This document shows positions 1 to 11,781 of a DNA stretch of 64,000 nucleotides, one piece after another. Position 1 is the stretch's first letter, and each line of letters starts with the position of its first letter. The notes under the pieces are model-generated. The model saw nothing but the letters and a program-made list of their open reading frames with translations. It made no database searches and had not been told where the DNA came from. The position numbers were made by a program, and so were the translations under genes. The stretch comes from Laetmonice hystrix (lineage: Eukaryota), in assembly GCA_965235115.1 (NCBI GenBank), contig OZ249436.1:36024001-36088000 (forward strand), given 5' to 3'.

Positions 1-99
1 CTTTGGCTCCGTTTTCCCGCACATCTTCGTTTTAAAAAGAACATTAGATTTAAAATTAAGGATTTTGTAAAGTATTTGATCAGTGCCCACTTCCCTACT

Positions 100-700
100 A
101 CTACGGAAGATAACCAGCGTGACGTCGGCACCAGACAATCCGGCCCCAAGCTGATCTGAATCAACGACCTTGTCCACGAGATGGGCTTCGTGGGTCAAGC
201 CTCAGTAAACAGCAGCCTGGCTTGGCCCAGCCTTAGCAAACAGTTCCAGCAAGATTTTCCGGCACAGACCCAGACCCGATGCTGACACGGAGGCCCGGTC
301 TCCCTGGAGCAATCGGCAACGAACCAGTGTGTCAACACTGTTCTAACGTCTTCGGGGTCATATTTGACGCTGTCAAAATCAGAGCCACTCTGGCTGGAGG
401 TGTAGCCGAGGGCACGACACGACGCCCGGCGGATTTCCGGGGTTGGTGCACACCGCCTGGAGAACATCCATTCAGAGTCTATCCAGTGTATGAGATTTTT
501 AAAGGCCACAGTATCTATGTCGCTTGGTTTGGAGACATACTGGCCAGCGGTTGGGGTGTGTCACTCAAACAACCCCGGACCTATATACCCGCCTTGATCT
601 GTCATTCGGCACCCTGTCAGCGTGAAAAGGCATTCAGAGGAACCATATCCTTCTCTGCACACTCAGGCTGTCCGAGTCGCCAACACTTGGCCTCGTACTC
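100..700 (+). mobile_element. Decayed non-LTR retrotransposon RT C-terminal remnant (I/Nimb-like)
   Basis: Frame-broken translations GPKLI*INDL (cf. GPLLF..INDL), NVFGVIFDA (cf. LGV.FD) and GLVHTAWRTSIQSL..VY (cf. L.GT.WG.S..L..Y), in the expected order. Stops and frameshifts throughout. Confidence 0.4.
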
Positions 701-759
701 CTCCTCCAACCGGCAATATGCGTCTTCAAGGAGCACATGAATACAGGCTCAATACACGT

Positions 760-1220
760 CAATACATACAATAGCCACTGCTTGGAAAAGTATTGCGTGT
801 TTGTTCTTTGGCGGGTTCTTGAATAAATCACATTTACTGACGAAACACAGCAACTGATGGCACACAGGCAAACGTTTTTTGTAAATAAATCCACTGGGAA
901 CTATACTCCTTAAAGCTTAAAACCTGGTGTCAGTGAAGACATAAACATGAAGTATCTACGAAGAAGATATGGTAGGGTAAACTTCAGCCTACAGTCTTTG
1001 ACTTATTATTATCACATTTACTTGCTTCACGGTCGCTGGGCTTCCCCAGGTACTTCAGTTTCCAGTAAAACTAATGGACACTACTGTGACTGTTGCCGTT
1101 GAGTGAATTCTTACTTCGTATCCCTCTATGTTACCTGATAATGAGTCTTCTTTGCTGAATGTCTCAACCCGAAAAGTTGTCTCTACATAAATTGCCAGGG
1201 CACCTTTATATTAGTAGAAA
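760..1220 (-). mobile_element. Decayed LINE apurinic-endonuclease domain remnant
   Basis: Minus-strand KGALAIYVETTF...IEGYEVRIH...VTVVSI resembles the APE GGVAIYV...IE...IVSIY stretch. It is followed by G..F.VDLF (GDFN-like) and TRQRTNT (PTR-like). Confidence 0.35.
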
Positions 1221-1663
1221 ATTTAGCTTGAGGCAGGTATTCAACTACGTGTTCCTCATTATCACAAGTGTTTGTGCCACCATTAAGCTGTAAGATGGTG
1301 TTACGTCGATGAGAAGCCAATCAAGGTGCATGGCACCGTCCGTGGCTTCTGCAGTTGGCTCATTATCCCACAATTACTACTACCGGAAGCGGACCGCCTT
1401 AAAAGCATGCAATGAGATCCTCATGACACTTGGACGCACCATGACTGACGACGTCGTAACAAGTCCACTTAACCCAGGATCCCGTTGGTGGCAGCTCACC
1501 TAAGGGATGTCACAGGTGAAACGTTATTCGCTTTTCTTGTCGACAGTTTCACCAACCAATTTGTTAAAACCAAACTTTTAAAGCTCTGAAATTGGTTTTA
1601 GAGTTGTGCTAGGTTAAAACCGACTACCTTGATTCAATGTCACATCGCTGGCACGAGACAGTA

Positions 1664-3037
1664 GGTCGTGATTCATGAACTGGGGGCAAAAAGTGTAACA
1701 GGGTCAAAATGGTCAATTTTTCAATATTCATCCTGTGAAATAAACAAATGAAGGTCTCTTAATTGCACATAGACTGACTCTATTATTCCCATCCGTTAAT
1801 GAATAAAGTACAATTGAATTACCGTAATCAATAGGATAATGCATTGGGACTCCAACCTTTTTTATTGATTTTCTCAAAACGGACATGGTTTGACAAAAAT
1901 AAGCCTAACTTCCCTTTATTTCAACCGAATTTCACCAAACTGGTGGCAAAATGCAGACAAGAAAATGTTCTTTCAAGTGAGACCTAATGTTGTGATGTCC
2001 CACACCAAAATGACTACAAAAAAGAACTTTGAAAATCAGGTGGGTGAAAATCATGAAAAATGCAATGGAAATGATCAGCTTTTATATTTAGAGCCCTCGG
2101 GCAATCCGTGACTGTGTAAAGTTGAATAAAAGCCAACAATGAGAAAATAAATCTCTTAAGATAATAAATAATTATTAAATAATTGTAATTAGCACCATCT
2201 TGCACCTCGGACCTCGCAACAAAGTGTACTGACTTAGTACAAATACAGTGAAATAATAACCTAATAATACTGGCAACTACCAAGGGTTGTGCTAAGGGGT
2301 GAAGCGGGCGATTCTGGGCCCATATGTATAAAACTACCTAAGTCAAAGTATAACCCTTATCTTTTGTTTGGCATGTTCGAGTACAATACATAGGTGTATT
2401 ACTTAGTAGTTTTATGCATGGGCCCTGGTGTCCTACAGCACCACAGTCACCTAAAATGGATCCTGGGATCTATTGGCAGTCCCAGCTGTATACCCTTCAT
2501 GACTATTTATGCATAAAATCCTCATATATAGGGATCACAGTGCAAACTAAACACCCACGTGCCTGTTCCAATTTTCTCATTCCCATGTACACCAACAACT
2601 ACAAGGGGATTAAAAATCTCACAATCACTAGTTGACAAGATTGTAGAACTGGAAGGCCAATTTGTAAGATCTGTCCACAACTAAAATAGCTTCCTTCTAC
2701 TGGCCTCTCTTTGACCCTCTTGGAAACCTAGAGACACCTATATGCTAATAACAGAACCACACATTGAAGTCTGTATTGAAAATGCACCGCCTCCTCCGAC
2801 CGCCTCCTCCGATCCCCCAGGTACTCATTTCATTCACAACACAAGAACTTGGTTGCATTGAATCAAACTGTGATAAATGTGACATCAGTAGAAAGGTGAC
2901 ATGATAAGCTTTCAGAATATACCTAGTTTGTTGTTGTAGCCCTATTCTTCTGAGTAAAAGTTCGATTTGAATGGGACAACTTTGTCAGATGTGTTACAAT
3001 CCCCCATTTTTGATACCCCAGTTCATGAATTGTGACC
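1664..3037. mobile_element. Non-autonomous TIR DNA transposon, 1374 bp, 4-bp TSD, superfamily unassigned
   Basis: Left end GGTCGTGATTCATGAACTGGGGGCAAAAAGTG vs reverse complement of right end GGTCACAATTCATGAACTGGGGTATCAAAAATG. AGTA is directly repeated at 1660-1663 and 3038-3041. AT-rich non-coding interior. Confidence 0.8.
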
Positions 3038-4823
3038 AGTAACGGTGAGGAAAATATAAAACATGTGCAGAGCTGAAACAAAACGTTCTGCTCAGCCGAG
3101 ATACTGCTTTACAATTAACCCAAAAGTTCCACAACTGAACACTGGGCAGCCAGCCGAATGGTTCTGTCATGACACTGTCAGCCTATAGTGAAGTATATCG
3201 ACGACGTGTCAAAGCTGCACGTGCGCCCTCAGTCAAACCTTCCCGTTCCCTTTGATTACCTACCGCTTGGCTTCAATCGGCTTCCCTTCAAACGATCTCA
3301 AACTGCTGGTTCAATTCAGAATTTAAAGGATTTCTCACAAATTAAAGGGTATTGCCCACACGAAGTCAAATTGGTATTCTTCAAAGATTACCCTTGGAAG
3401 CTCTTTGCAAATTACACATCTGTAAACTGTTCTTCTTTGCGTGAATTGACCATGTCTGCCGAGGACTCAAGCAATCACAGATTTCCCCTGCCTCCAGTGA
3501 TCTGCTTCTTCAAAAATCATAACATACGCAAGAAGTACTAGATCCCCGTCCAATATTGATAACGCAGAAGCAATTAACAATTTTGTAACCACGGTTCTAA
3601 CGGTTAAATTGCGTGATATTTGGGACGCATGTTGTATCTTACAACCGTCCTTCCCATTAGACCAATTTTCATGCAGACTCCACTGTGAGTCTACCATCAG
3701 GGAATGTAGAGATGGACTATTAGGTTAAAAACCTGGCGGCTAGACAGGTCAGCTCCAAGCATTCCAGGTTCGGAGAAGTGGGCCGGCCAGCGAGCCAGGC
3801 TCGGAGGCATGGCTGGCCGCTATAACGCTAAACTTCCTTTCCCGTATTTGAGAAATGGCTATCCATCAGGCAGCCCGCACCTAACTCAATCCAACTCTTC
3901 AATATTTGCTCTCTCTCTGCGGCCAATAAGAGGCCCAGATGTGGCCGGCGTATGATGGAGAGACTAGCGACCCTTTCAGATCGGCCTAACGTGATCAACT
4001 GATTGATTTTTAACAGGAAGTCAGACGACTGGCTGTGACCCGGAGCCAAACTGAAGTCACTGGGCTCAGCGTACAAATCTTGTCATACTCGGCACCCCGT
4101 CGAGAGCGCGCGGTCATCAGCTCCCTTACAATAGGCGCCCGTGGCAACAGATTCATTTAAAGCACACCGCGCACATTCTGCAAGAGAGCTCAATCTACAG
4201 CCCACGCCTACTGTTGCCCCTTGCAGGGTGACATGAAGGGTACTGAACTGAGGCAGTTCGAAATGTCACGCTTTCAATCTTTTTTACGCTAAAACAGGTC
4301 AATTGGTGCATAGCTGTCTGAGGCGCTGTTCTCAGCTTGCAACTGACGGCAGGAATTGCCTGGAATTCTAACCCACCTGTCCTGGTAAATAAGAAACAAC
4401 TTTTTACCCTCTGAACTTCGGAGCCACAATATCAATGTAAGAGTTGGTGCCTCCATTCGAAAAATTACTTTTTAATTTCAAAAGTTGCTCAATCGGCCAC
4501 ACATTAAAACGTAAGTTTCTGCATGTGCCAGCACAGCCATCCAGTTGAATGAAGAACTGGCGACACCCTGCGATGAGGAACGCAGCTGGTTCAGAAAAAT
4601 CTTTTAGAATCATTTTATTTTTAGGCTTCCTGTGCCAATGAAGGTGATATTGCCAAATTTGCCTTGGCATGATAATGAGAGGAAATATTTCACGTGTTGC
4701 TTCTCTTAAATTCTTACATGCCCAAATATCGCCCTCCATACAAACCTGCAATGCCATATCATGATCAAGGATACTGAACTAACAGATCAAGCACCACGCT
4801 CCTTCGTTGTCGGATATTCTACA

Positions 4824-4993
4824 CTGTATATCACTTTTACTTCGCATGGTTAAAATTTCGTGGGTTTTTTGGCTGGTTTGGCGTGACTTCAGTTCCAAAT
4901 GTTCATTTGGAGTTTCTTGATTTCACGGGTTTTTTTCTTTTTTTTGGGGGGGGGGAGCGAAATTAAAACACGCGAAAAATACCTAATATACAG
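4824..4993. mobile_element. Short MITE with CTGTATA...TATACAG ends (Tc1/mariner-type TA target)
   Basis: Imperfect ~35-bp TIR (ctgtatat...ttcgcatggttaaaatttcg vs ctgtatat...ttcgcgtgttttaatttcg). TA at the right flank, CA at the left. Confidence 0.6.
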
Positions 4994-7209
4994 TATGGAT
5001 CTTTATAGGTGACCGCATCTGGACGAATACAAGAATTGCCCAGTCTGTTAGTAGTTGTTTTAGTATTATTTATAATTGCCTTACAGAAAAGTAAAAGGGC
5101 CAGCTTCAAGACCTACAGTGCTTATTAATGAAAGTCAACCAGCTTCCTCATTTCCTTCCACCTTAAGAACTGCAGCTCAGGTTCTTTCCTTGAAGACAAC
5201 ACTCCCATCTCAAATAACGCATTCAGGCCATCATTAAGCCGCCAATTATGGCACGGGCAGCCTCAGAAACCGCCACCTTCATGGGCGCCCAACTCTTTTA
5301 CAGCTGCCGGACTTTGCTTCTACCGCCTTCTGCTGTTTCCGCAAGGCACCCGTAACAATTGGCCATGTTCAATCAGTCACCGACTTCCTCCTTCCAGCTT
5401 TCCCCAGTCCTCACAGCGAGGTCATGCCAGGCGTCTTTTATTCCTTCTGCATTCCCTTACTACAGAATCTAGGAGGAGCATTGAGGCAGTGGTAACCTGA
5501 TGCCTTGAGGAGGTACACTCATGTCACAATATATCCGGATGAAGAAAGTTCTCGACATCCGTCCTGAATGTCAATTCAGGCTGACCACTTGGACTAACAG
5601 CTTCAGTAGAAGTAAAGGACCCCCCCCCCCCCTTCGTCTCTCGGATCCAGTACAAAGCATGATACGGAGTGTCAAGCGAATATTTATTAACATGACCTTC
5701 ATCTTGACCTTGGAACCTAGGTCGGAAACAACTGTTCCCTTACCGAGGCGTGGTGATTGGGCTCTGCAGAATGGTCGCAGTGTGCTTTAAATGCCTGTTT
5801 TGACATTAATACCCTAGCGTAGCTTTTCAGCAGGCGTCCCATTATATAGGCCAGGCCCATAATCTCCAACAAATTATTGAAGGGGCTTGATAATTTCCAT
5901 TGAATTATTGCGGGGGGGGGGGGGTAGACGAACAGAGTTTAAGGTTCTCCCTAGTAAAATAGACACCACTGAGAATATTGAGGGTAGGCCTAAGGCAGCC
6001 CTAGCCCCCGGGGAATTACGGCCCTTTAGGCGTCACAGCCATCGCTTTAGGCCAACCTTCATTAATCCAACAGCAAGATGTCTAATGACTGCAGCAGCCT
6101 TCACTCCGAGCCATCAAACCTAGTTATTAAACTCTTCCTAAATGAGCAGAAAGCCTCTTTCACCGCACGAAGCACACCAGCCTAGCTCAACCTGACGTAC
6201 CCTTTGAATTCTAGTCGCCGAAAGACCCGCGTGCCTTAGAGAATTCATTCCCCAGAATCCCGTGACGTTATTCCATCAATAAAAACTAAATATGTTCATT
6301 TGAAAGGCTTTAAAGCATATAATATCCTGTCTTTAAGCTAAAACAGATTAAAAGGAAATGGCTGTGCTCGTTCATCATAACCGGATATGGCTTCAGTTTC
6401 CACGACGTGACTCCACACAAACATCACAGGTAGCGTACCCGCATGCGCCGCCACACCGAGAGCCCGGATGCCAAGCGTGCGCAGCGCGCCCCCGACGGTC
6501 ACCATATCACGTACACCCACACAGGATGGTCACATCATGCCTGTGGTCATCCTCATCATGATAGCGTTAACACGGCCACATCATAGGGCCTCGACCACAT
6601 CATAGAGCTCGGGCGACCGGCATGCAGTCATTTCCGGCTCCAATCAGACAACGTCGCGTCTTTTTGACGTCACATATGTTTGTGTTTGCTATCGGCAGCA
6701 AACAGACACACCCCTGTGATCGCACCGAATTTTGAAAAGTTCCCGTGGGGTTGCCCAACTCATACACATAATTATTCTCAGTGAGTGCAGCAGCTGACTG
6801 CAACAGATGCGTCCTGTCTAAATGTGGGATTCGTTGGCTGTTCTTATTTACGAGCAGGACAAGCCATTCATTGCAAGACGGCTTCTACTTACATATGACA
6901 GACCTGACAAGTCCTTAACCGCCCCCACACAGAAGTGGTATCATCTGAGTGGGTTGGTATATTTTTCAATAATGTTCTTCATTAATTTATTTTTGTTTCC
7001 TTTACATTATTTTTCAAAATTCCTGTTTGACTTTACTCTTAAGTCACTAAGCATGGGCGGCAGTTAGACAGACTGGTCACATGAACCTATATTTCGCTAA
7101 ATATTTCGTAACGTCTAAGAGTTCCCTTGGCGTCACATTATGTTAGGGTTATATTCCCTTTGAGTCTTCCACAGATATTTGCCACTGGCTCGAACTAAAG
7201 ATCACAGTC

Positions 7210-7680
7210 ATCAGGTGGTCTGCGTCAGAGACAGGTAATTGCGTCTACATGTCCTCTTGTCCCGAGGCCATTATAGTGACGGGGACGTGTCGAAGATCCT
7301 GGACGTTACTGACGGAGAGACTACTGAAGGACGAACCTACCACTCAGACATCGATCTTACGTTAGAGACGTCCTTACTGAGCCTCCACTGGCGATGATCT
7401 ACTTTCAGTTGGCACTTGTTCTCTCGTTAACGTTACCAAAGTTTGCGGGTTTCACAGACTTCTTGGGATTACCCTCATACACTGTTAATGGAGAAAGGAA
7501 GGCATTCTTTGTTCACACCAAGACGGTCCAGGTGGCACCTCTGTCTATGAAGGTCGGAAAACAGGAAGGGCAGAACACAGGAGCAGGAAGGAGTGGAAAC
7601 CACCGATAAATCCTGTAATGTTTGGTCATGACAGGCACCTTCCATCACCGTTGTCTGATCGGAAGGATGGTCCAGACATG
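7210..7680 (+). pseudogene. Decayed fragment resembling invertebrate FN3-like tandem-repeat proteins
   Basis: Frame-broken peptides V.DG....SDIDLT..TSLLSLHW*, IYFQLAL...GFTDF...YTVNG...FFV and SITVV*SEG resemble the V.DG..DID...L.A.W / Y..G...FTD / S.T..SDG pattern of these repeats. Confidence 0.3.
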
Positions 7681-9796
7681 ATGTCCTGTAACGGCACGTT
7701 CTCAGCCTGGTCGAGGACAAAGTGTGACGGCGAATATTGTATTGTGCGGGCTATTGGCTCGCCTACATGGGTGTAGTCCATGTGCCGTTGCCATTATGCG
7801 GTCCCTTCACACTTCAGACCCGTGGAATAACTAAACAACTTTCCAACGTGATTTTTTCACGTTGACACGTGAAGATTTATAAGCTACTTTCCCCACTTGA
7901 TTTGTAGTTTTGCCACTTTCGCCTCATTTAGTTCTTGAATAAGTACCCCGGTATTCTTGTTTATTTGCATCCAGGAGGATCTTAGTTAAAACAGGTGTCC
8001 CTGGACAACTCCTCGCCAGTTTGAAGTCAAGGTTGAAACAGGTCGGTAGTATTTAAACTGAGGATACGTCAAATTCTGTTAGTTTTCTGCATTTTTCAGG
8101 AGGCGACGCTCCTCTTACACCCGACTACCGTGTCAATGTATTAAAACGAGCAATGACCAGAGCACATAACGGCCAGCCTTGGTGTCAAGATGGTGTCGGG
8201 ACACCCACCCACCCACACACTGAGCAGGACATGAATCTGAAGGTGGCTTCAGACACGGTGTCAATGTTCTTAATACAAACACTTGCCAGACACCGACTGA
8301 AAATGGGAGGTCATCCTCATGTGTTGATACAAACACTGGCCTTCAGTGCTGCTTCTCCTGCTGCTGGCCCTGCTGCTCTATTGATACTTCCTGGTGGTTG
8401 GGTGTTGTCGAACTGATCTGCCACCTATTTCTGTCAGATCTCAGTGTTCGAAGCACGCCTACAGCACAATTGCATTACTATTGAACAGAGGAAACATGGA
8501 GCCTGAAAGGGAGGGCCCCTGGACCTCATCAACAAAAACACGGCACTTCTAGTGCAGCCGAGGCAAGCTTCTACCCGAAAACATCTATGGGAACTGTATA
8601 CATAAAACTTGAAACTGGCTGGTGTCTAATTCAGGTCCGAGAGGCTCGTCCTGTCTTCTATTTACCAGGAAACGTAATTTGGAGACATATCCTAACACTA
8701 AAAGACAACGTTTCTAATCAAACCAAGTGATGCAAGAACGGTATTATATAAATCAACATTACTTAATATATGGTCCATACATGGCGTTTTACCTGTACAT
8801 CTTATTCCTGGTTTCTCCAGACTCAACTTTGTTGGTTCAAACACCTGATTGCAACATTAATGGATTGAACTGAGTATTGAACTGCTGTTTCCTTGAACTT
8901 TTGTTTTACCTTTCAACTGCTAGGATTCTCGCTGCTTCACAAATGAACTCTTAGCACTCACCTGTAAAAGACAACAAAGGGAAAGGTCTTATTTAGATTT
9001 CAACTTCTGGTCTACAGGTTTATGACGCTTACCATTTCTTATTTTCCTCTTATTTATCATAGAAATTACCAAAGAGAAAATTCACTTTTTGAATCAAATA
9101 CTCAACACCCTCAATCAACACCTCGTATGTTTACAAGGAGCTTTTCAGTAAAAAAATCCTGATATTTTAAAAGTCTTTAACCCAAAAACGGACTAAACTT
9201 TTCCCCACTCACAAAAGTTACCCCCACCTCGACTGAAGGAAATTATACTGCTATGAATAGATAAATAAATGCAGTCCGCCATTCTGGATTATGTCTGAAT
9301 GAACCTCATCCATCCCCTTAGAAAACAGCCAACAAAGGAACCGATACAGAAGCCTGGCTCTAACGTTTTCAGATTGAACTTGGTGCCAGTTCGTACGCCT
9401 GAAAAAAGAGTATCACTGGGTGCTGGCGCCTTCCTGATTGATCGGACTGACCCCACAGGAGTAACATAAGGTAAACCAGGAAATCCGCCACTCTTCAAAG
9501 ATATCCCCCGGGGAACGCTAAACCTTTCACACAATCAACAGAGCAGAGAAACTAAATCCTTGGAAACGTTGACGGTCCCAATGCACTTACAACGACTGTA
9601 CAAACGATGTCCCACATAATACATGAGAAGGCCGGATACAATGACGTTCAGTGCTGACAGTGTGACCGACGTTAGCAGTAGCTGCTGGAGTCGTAAGACT
9701 GAGGCACAGACGAAAACTCAAGGAAGGGAATTTACTTATCGAATATAACGATCTTTCTTTTTCTTCTTGTTGAAACGATCTTTTTCACGACAGATG

Positions 9797-10617
9797 TGTG
9801 TTAGCCTCATTCACAGCGCCCGTCAATGGGCCATCTACTAACGCCTTTTGTTGGTACTGTGTCTGTTAGCCTCATTCACAGCGCCCGTCAATGGGCCATC
9901 TACTAACGCCTTTTGTCGGTACTGTGTCTGTTAGCCTCATTCACAGCGCCCGTCAATGGGCCATCTACTAACGCCTTTTGTCGGTACTGTGTCTGTTAGC
10001 CTCATTCACAGCGCCCGTCAATGCCCTCCAAATACCGCCGTTTGTCGGTACTGTGTCTGTTAGCCTCATTTACAGCGCCCGTCAATGGGCCATCTACTAA
10101 CGCCTTTTGTCGGTACTGTGTCTGTTAGCCTCATTCACAGCGCCCGTCAATGAGCCATCTACTAACGCCTTTTGTTGGTACTGGGTCTGTTAGCCTCATT
10201 CACAGCGCCCGTCAATGGGCCATCTACTAACGCCTTTTGTCGGTACTGTGTCTGTTAGCCTCATTCACAGCGCCCGTCAATGGGCCATCTACTAACGCGT
10301 TTTGTCGGTACTGTGTCTGTTAGCCTCATTCACAGCGCCCGTCAATGGGCCATCTACTAACGCCTTTTGTCGGTACTGTGTCTGTTAGCCTCATTCACAG
10401 CGCCCGTCAATGGGCCATCTACTAACGCCTTTTGTCGGTACTGTGTCTGTTAGCCTCATTCACAGCGCCCGTCAATGGGCCATCTACTAACGCCTTTTGT
10501 CGGTACTGTGTCTGTTAGCCTCATTCACAGCGCCTGCCAATGGGCCATCTTTTAACGCCATGTGTCGGTACGGTGTCTGTTAGCCTCATTCACAGCGCCC
10601 GTCAATGGGCCATCTAC
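9797..10617. repeat. 65-bp minisatellite, about 12.5 copies
   Basis: Unit GTTAGCCTCATTCACAGCGCCCGTCAATGGGCCATCTACTAACGCCTTTTGTCGGTACTGTGTCT; TTAGC recurs at 9801, 9866, 9931 and onward. Confidence 0.97.
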
Positions 10618-11540
10618 ATGTGTTAAGCCCTGACAATGTCCATAGATTTGGCCACAGAGGCGGACGATGGTCACTCTGGACCAGAACGGAGTGGATTCTA
10701 CCCCAGCTTAACGGCATGAACGGGTGGCGGGAAGATGCACTTCGGCTGGGCGCTGAACAAACTGAATATTTTACAGTGTTTGTAACGCGCTGCCAAGTGT
10801 CTTTTAGCTCCCAGCACAGGAGCTCTGCTTTTACCGCAGAGTTCTCTTCCCGTGGCTAACACTGGGCGGAGGAAACCAGACTTGTTCAATATTTCAGATG
10901 GACCGCCGATAAAATCCACATGGAGGACATCGATCGTTAACTGATTTAGTCACATGGAATGGTGTCAGAAAATATGATAATGCTATCAGACATAATAGAT
11001 AATAAAGGATGAGCCATTAACTCGATAAGCTCTTAAGATCTATAGAAGCTACGTTTTAAAGTAAGCATACCGGGACTGACATCACAGTTAACATGTGATA
11101 TGCAGTTCTTCCCAGTTGATCAAATAAGCAGTCATTAACCTGGGCCCAGTGGCTCTTAAAGGCAGTCTTTACATCAAAATCAACAAAAGTGGCTTTTTCA
11201 CAGAGGATTGATTGTTTAACTATTGGCACTACCGTAGAGACGTATAAGCAGCGATTTCCACGAGATTCAGAAATTTTTTCACTGCTCCTTGTCTCAAAGG
11301 GCCTGCCCACTGCAGGCACGTGGCGTGTGTCTACTGAAGTGATACCTAGACTGAACACCGCGCGCATGTCTGAATTCCACAATTTGGTACATTATAATAT
11401 CAGTCTTTAACAGACCACCAATCAGAACTCAGTAAGTTTACTTCAATAAACGTAAGTCACGTTGAGAATTTTCGAGCTACTGGGCCAATGCCTCGGACCT
11501 CAAGTCGGTAAGCCTCATTTTGAAGGTCATAAGAGGCGGC

Positions 11541-11781
11541 TGTGGATGGCGGGGGGGGGGGTCGTTAGAAGCCAAAGTCATTGCTTGGTCAGACCGACTC
11601 ATGAGGACAGAGTGATTGACGACATGCTGCCCTCCCAGCCGGCATGTTTTAAAGAGTCTCTCATCCTATCAAGGACATTGTCAGGACGTTTTCCGGGCCG
11701 CGCACCGGCGTCAGGACGTCCACCGGAAGCACAGGGGCAGGGTCGGGGGAGGGCCTTATCCAACGACACCCGCCATCCCTA
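11541..11781. mobile_element. Possible old hAT-like MITE
   Basis: Imperfect inverted ends TGTGGATGGCG(n)TCGTTAG vs reverse complement TAGGGATGGCGGGTGTCGTTGG. No TSD retained. Confidence 0.3.

Noticed and set aside
4404..4757. hAT transposase-like FFIQLDG motif
   Set aside because: One short motif only, with no TIRs or further conserved blocks.
5852..6026. Possible hAT MITE (CAGGCCCATAAT...ATTACGGCCCT)
   Set aside because: Degenerate TIR and no matching 8-bp TSD.
9797..10617. CRISPR-like periodicity (65-bp; likewise the 69-bp and 46-bp arrays)
   Set aside because: Whole units repeat with no unique spacers, there are no cas genes, and the context is eukaryotic.
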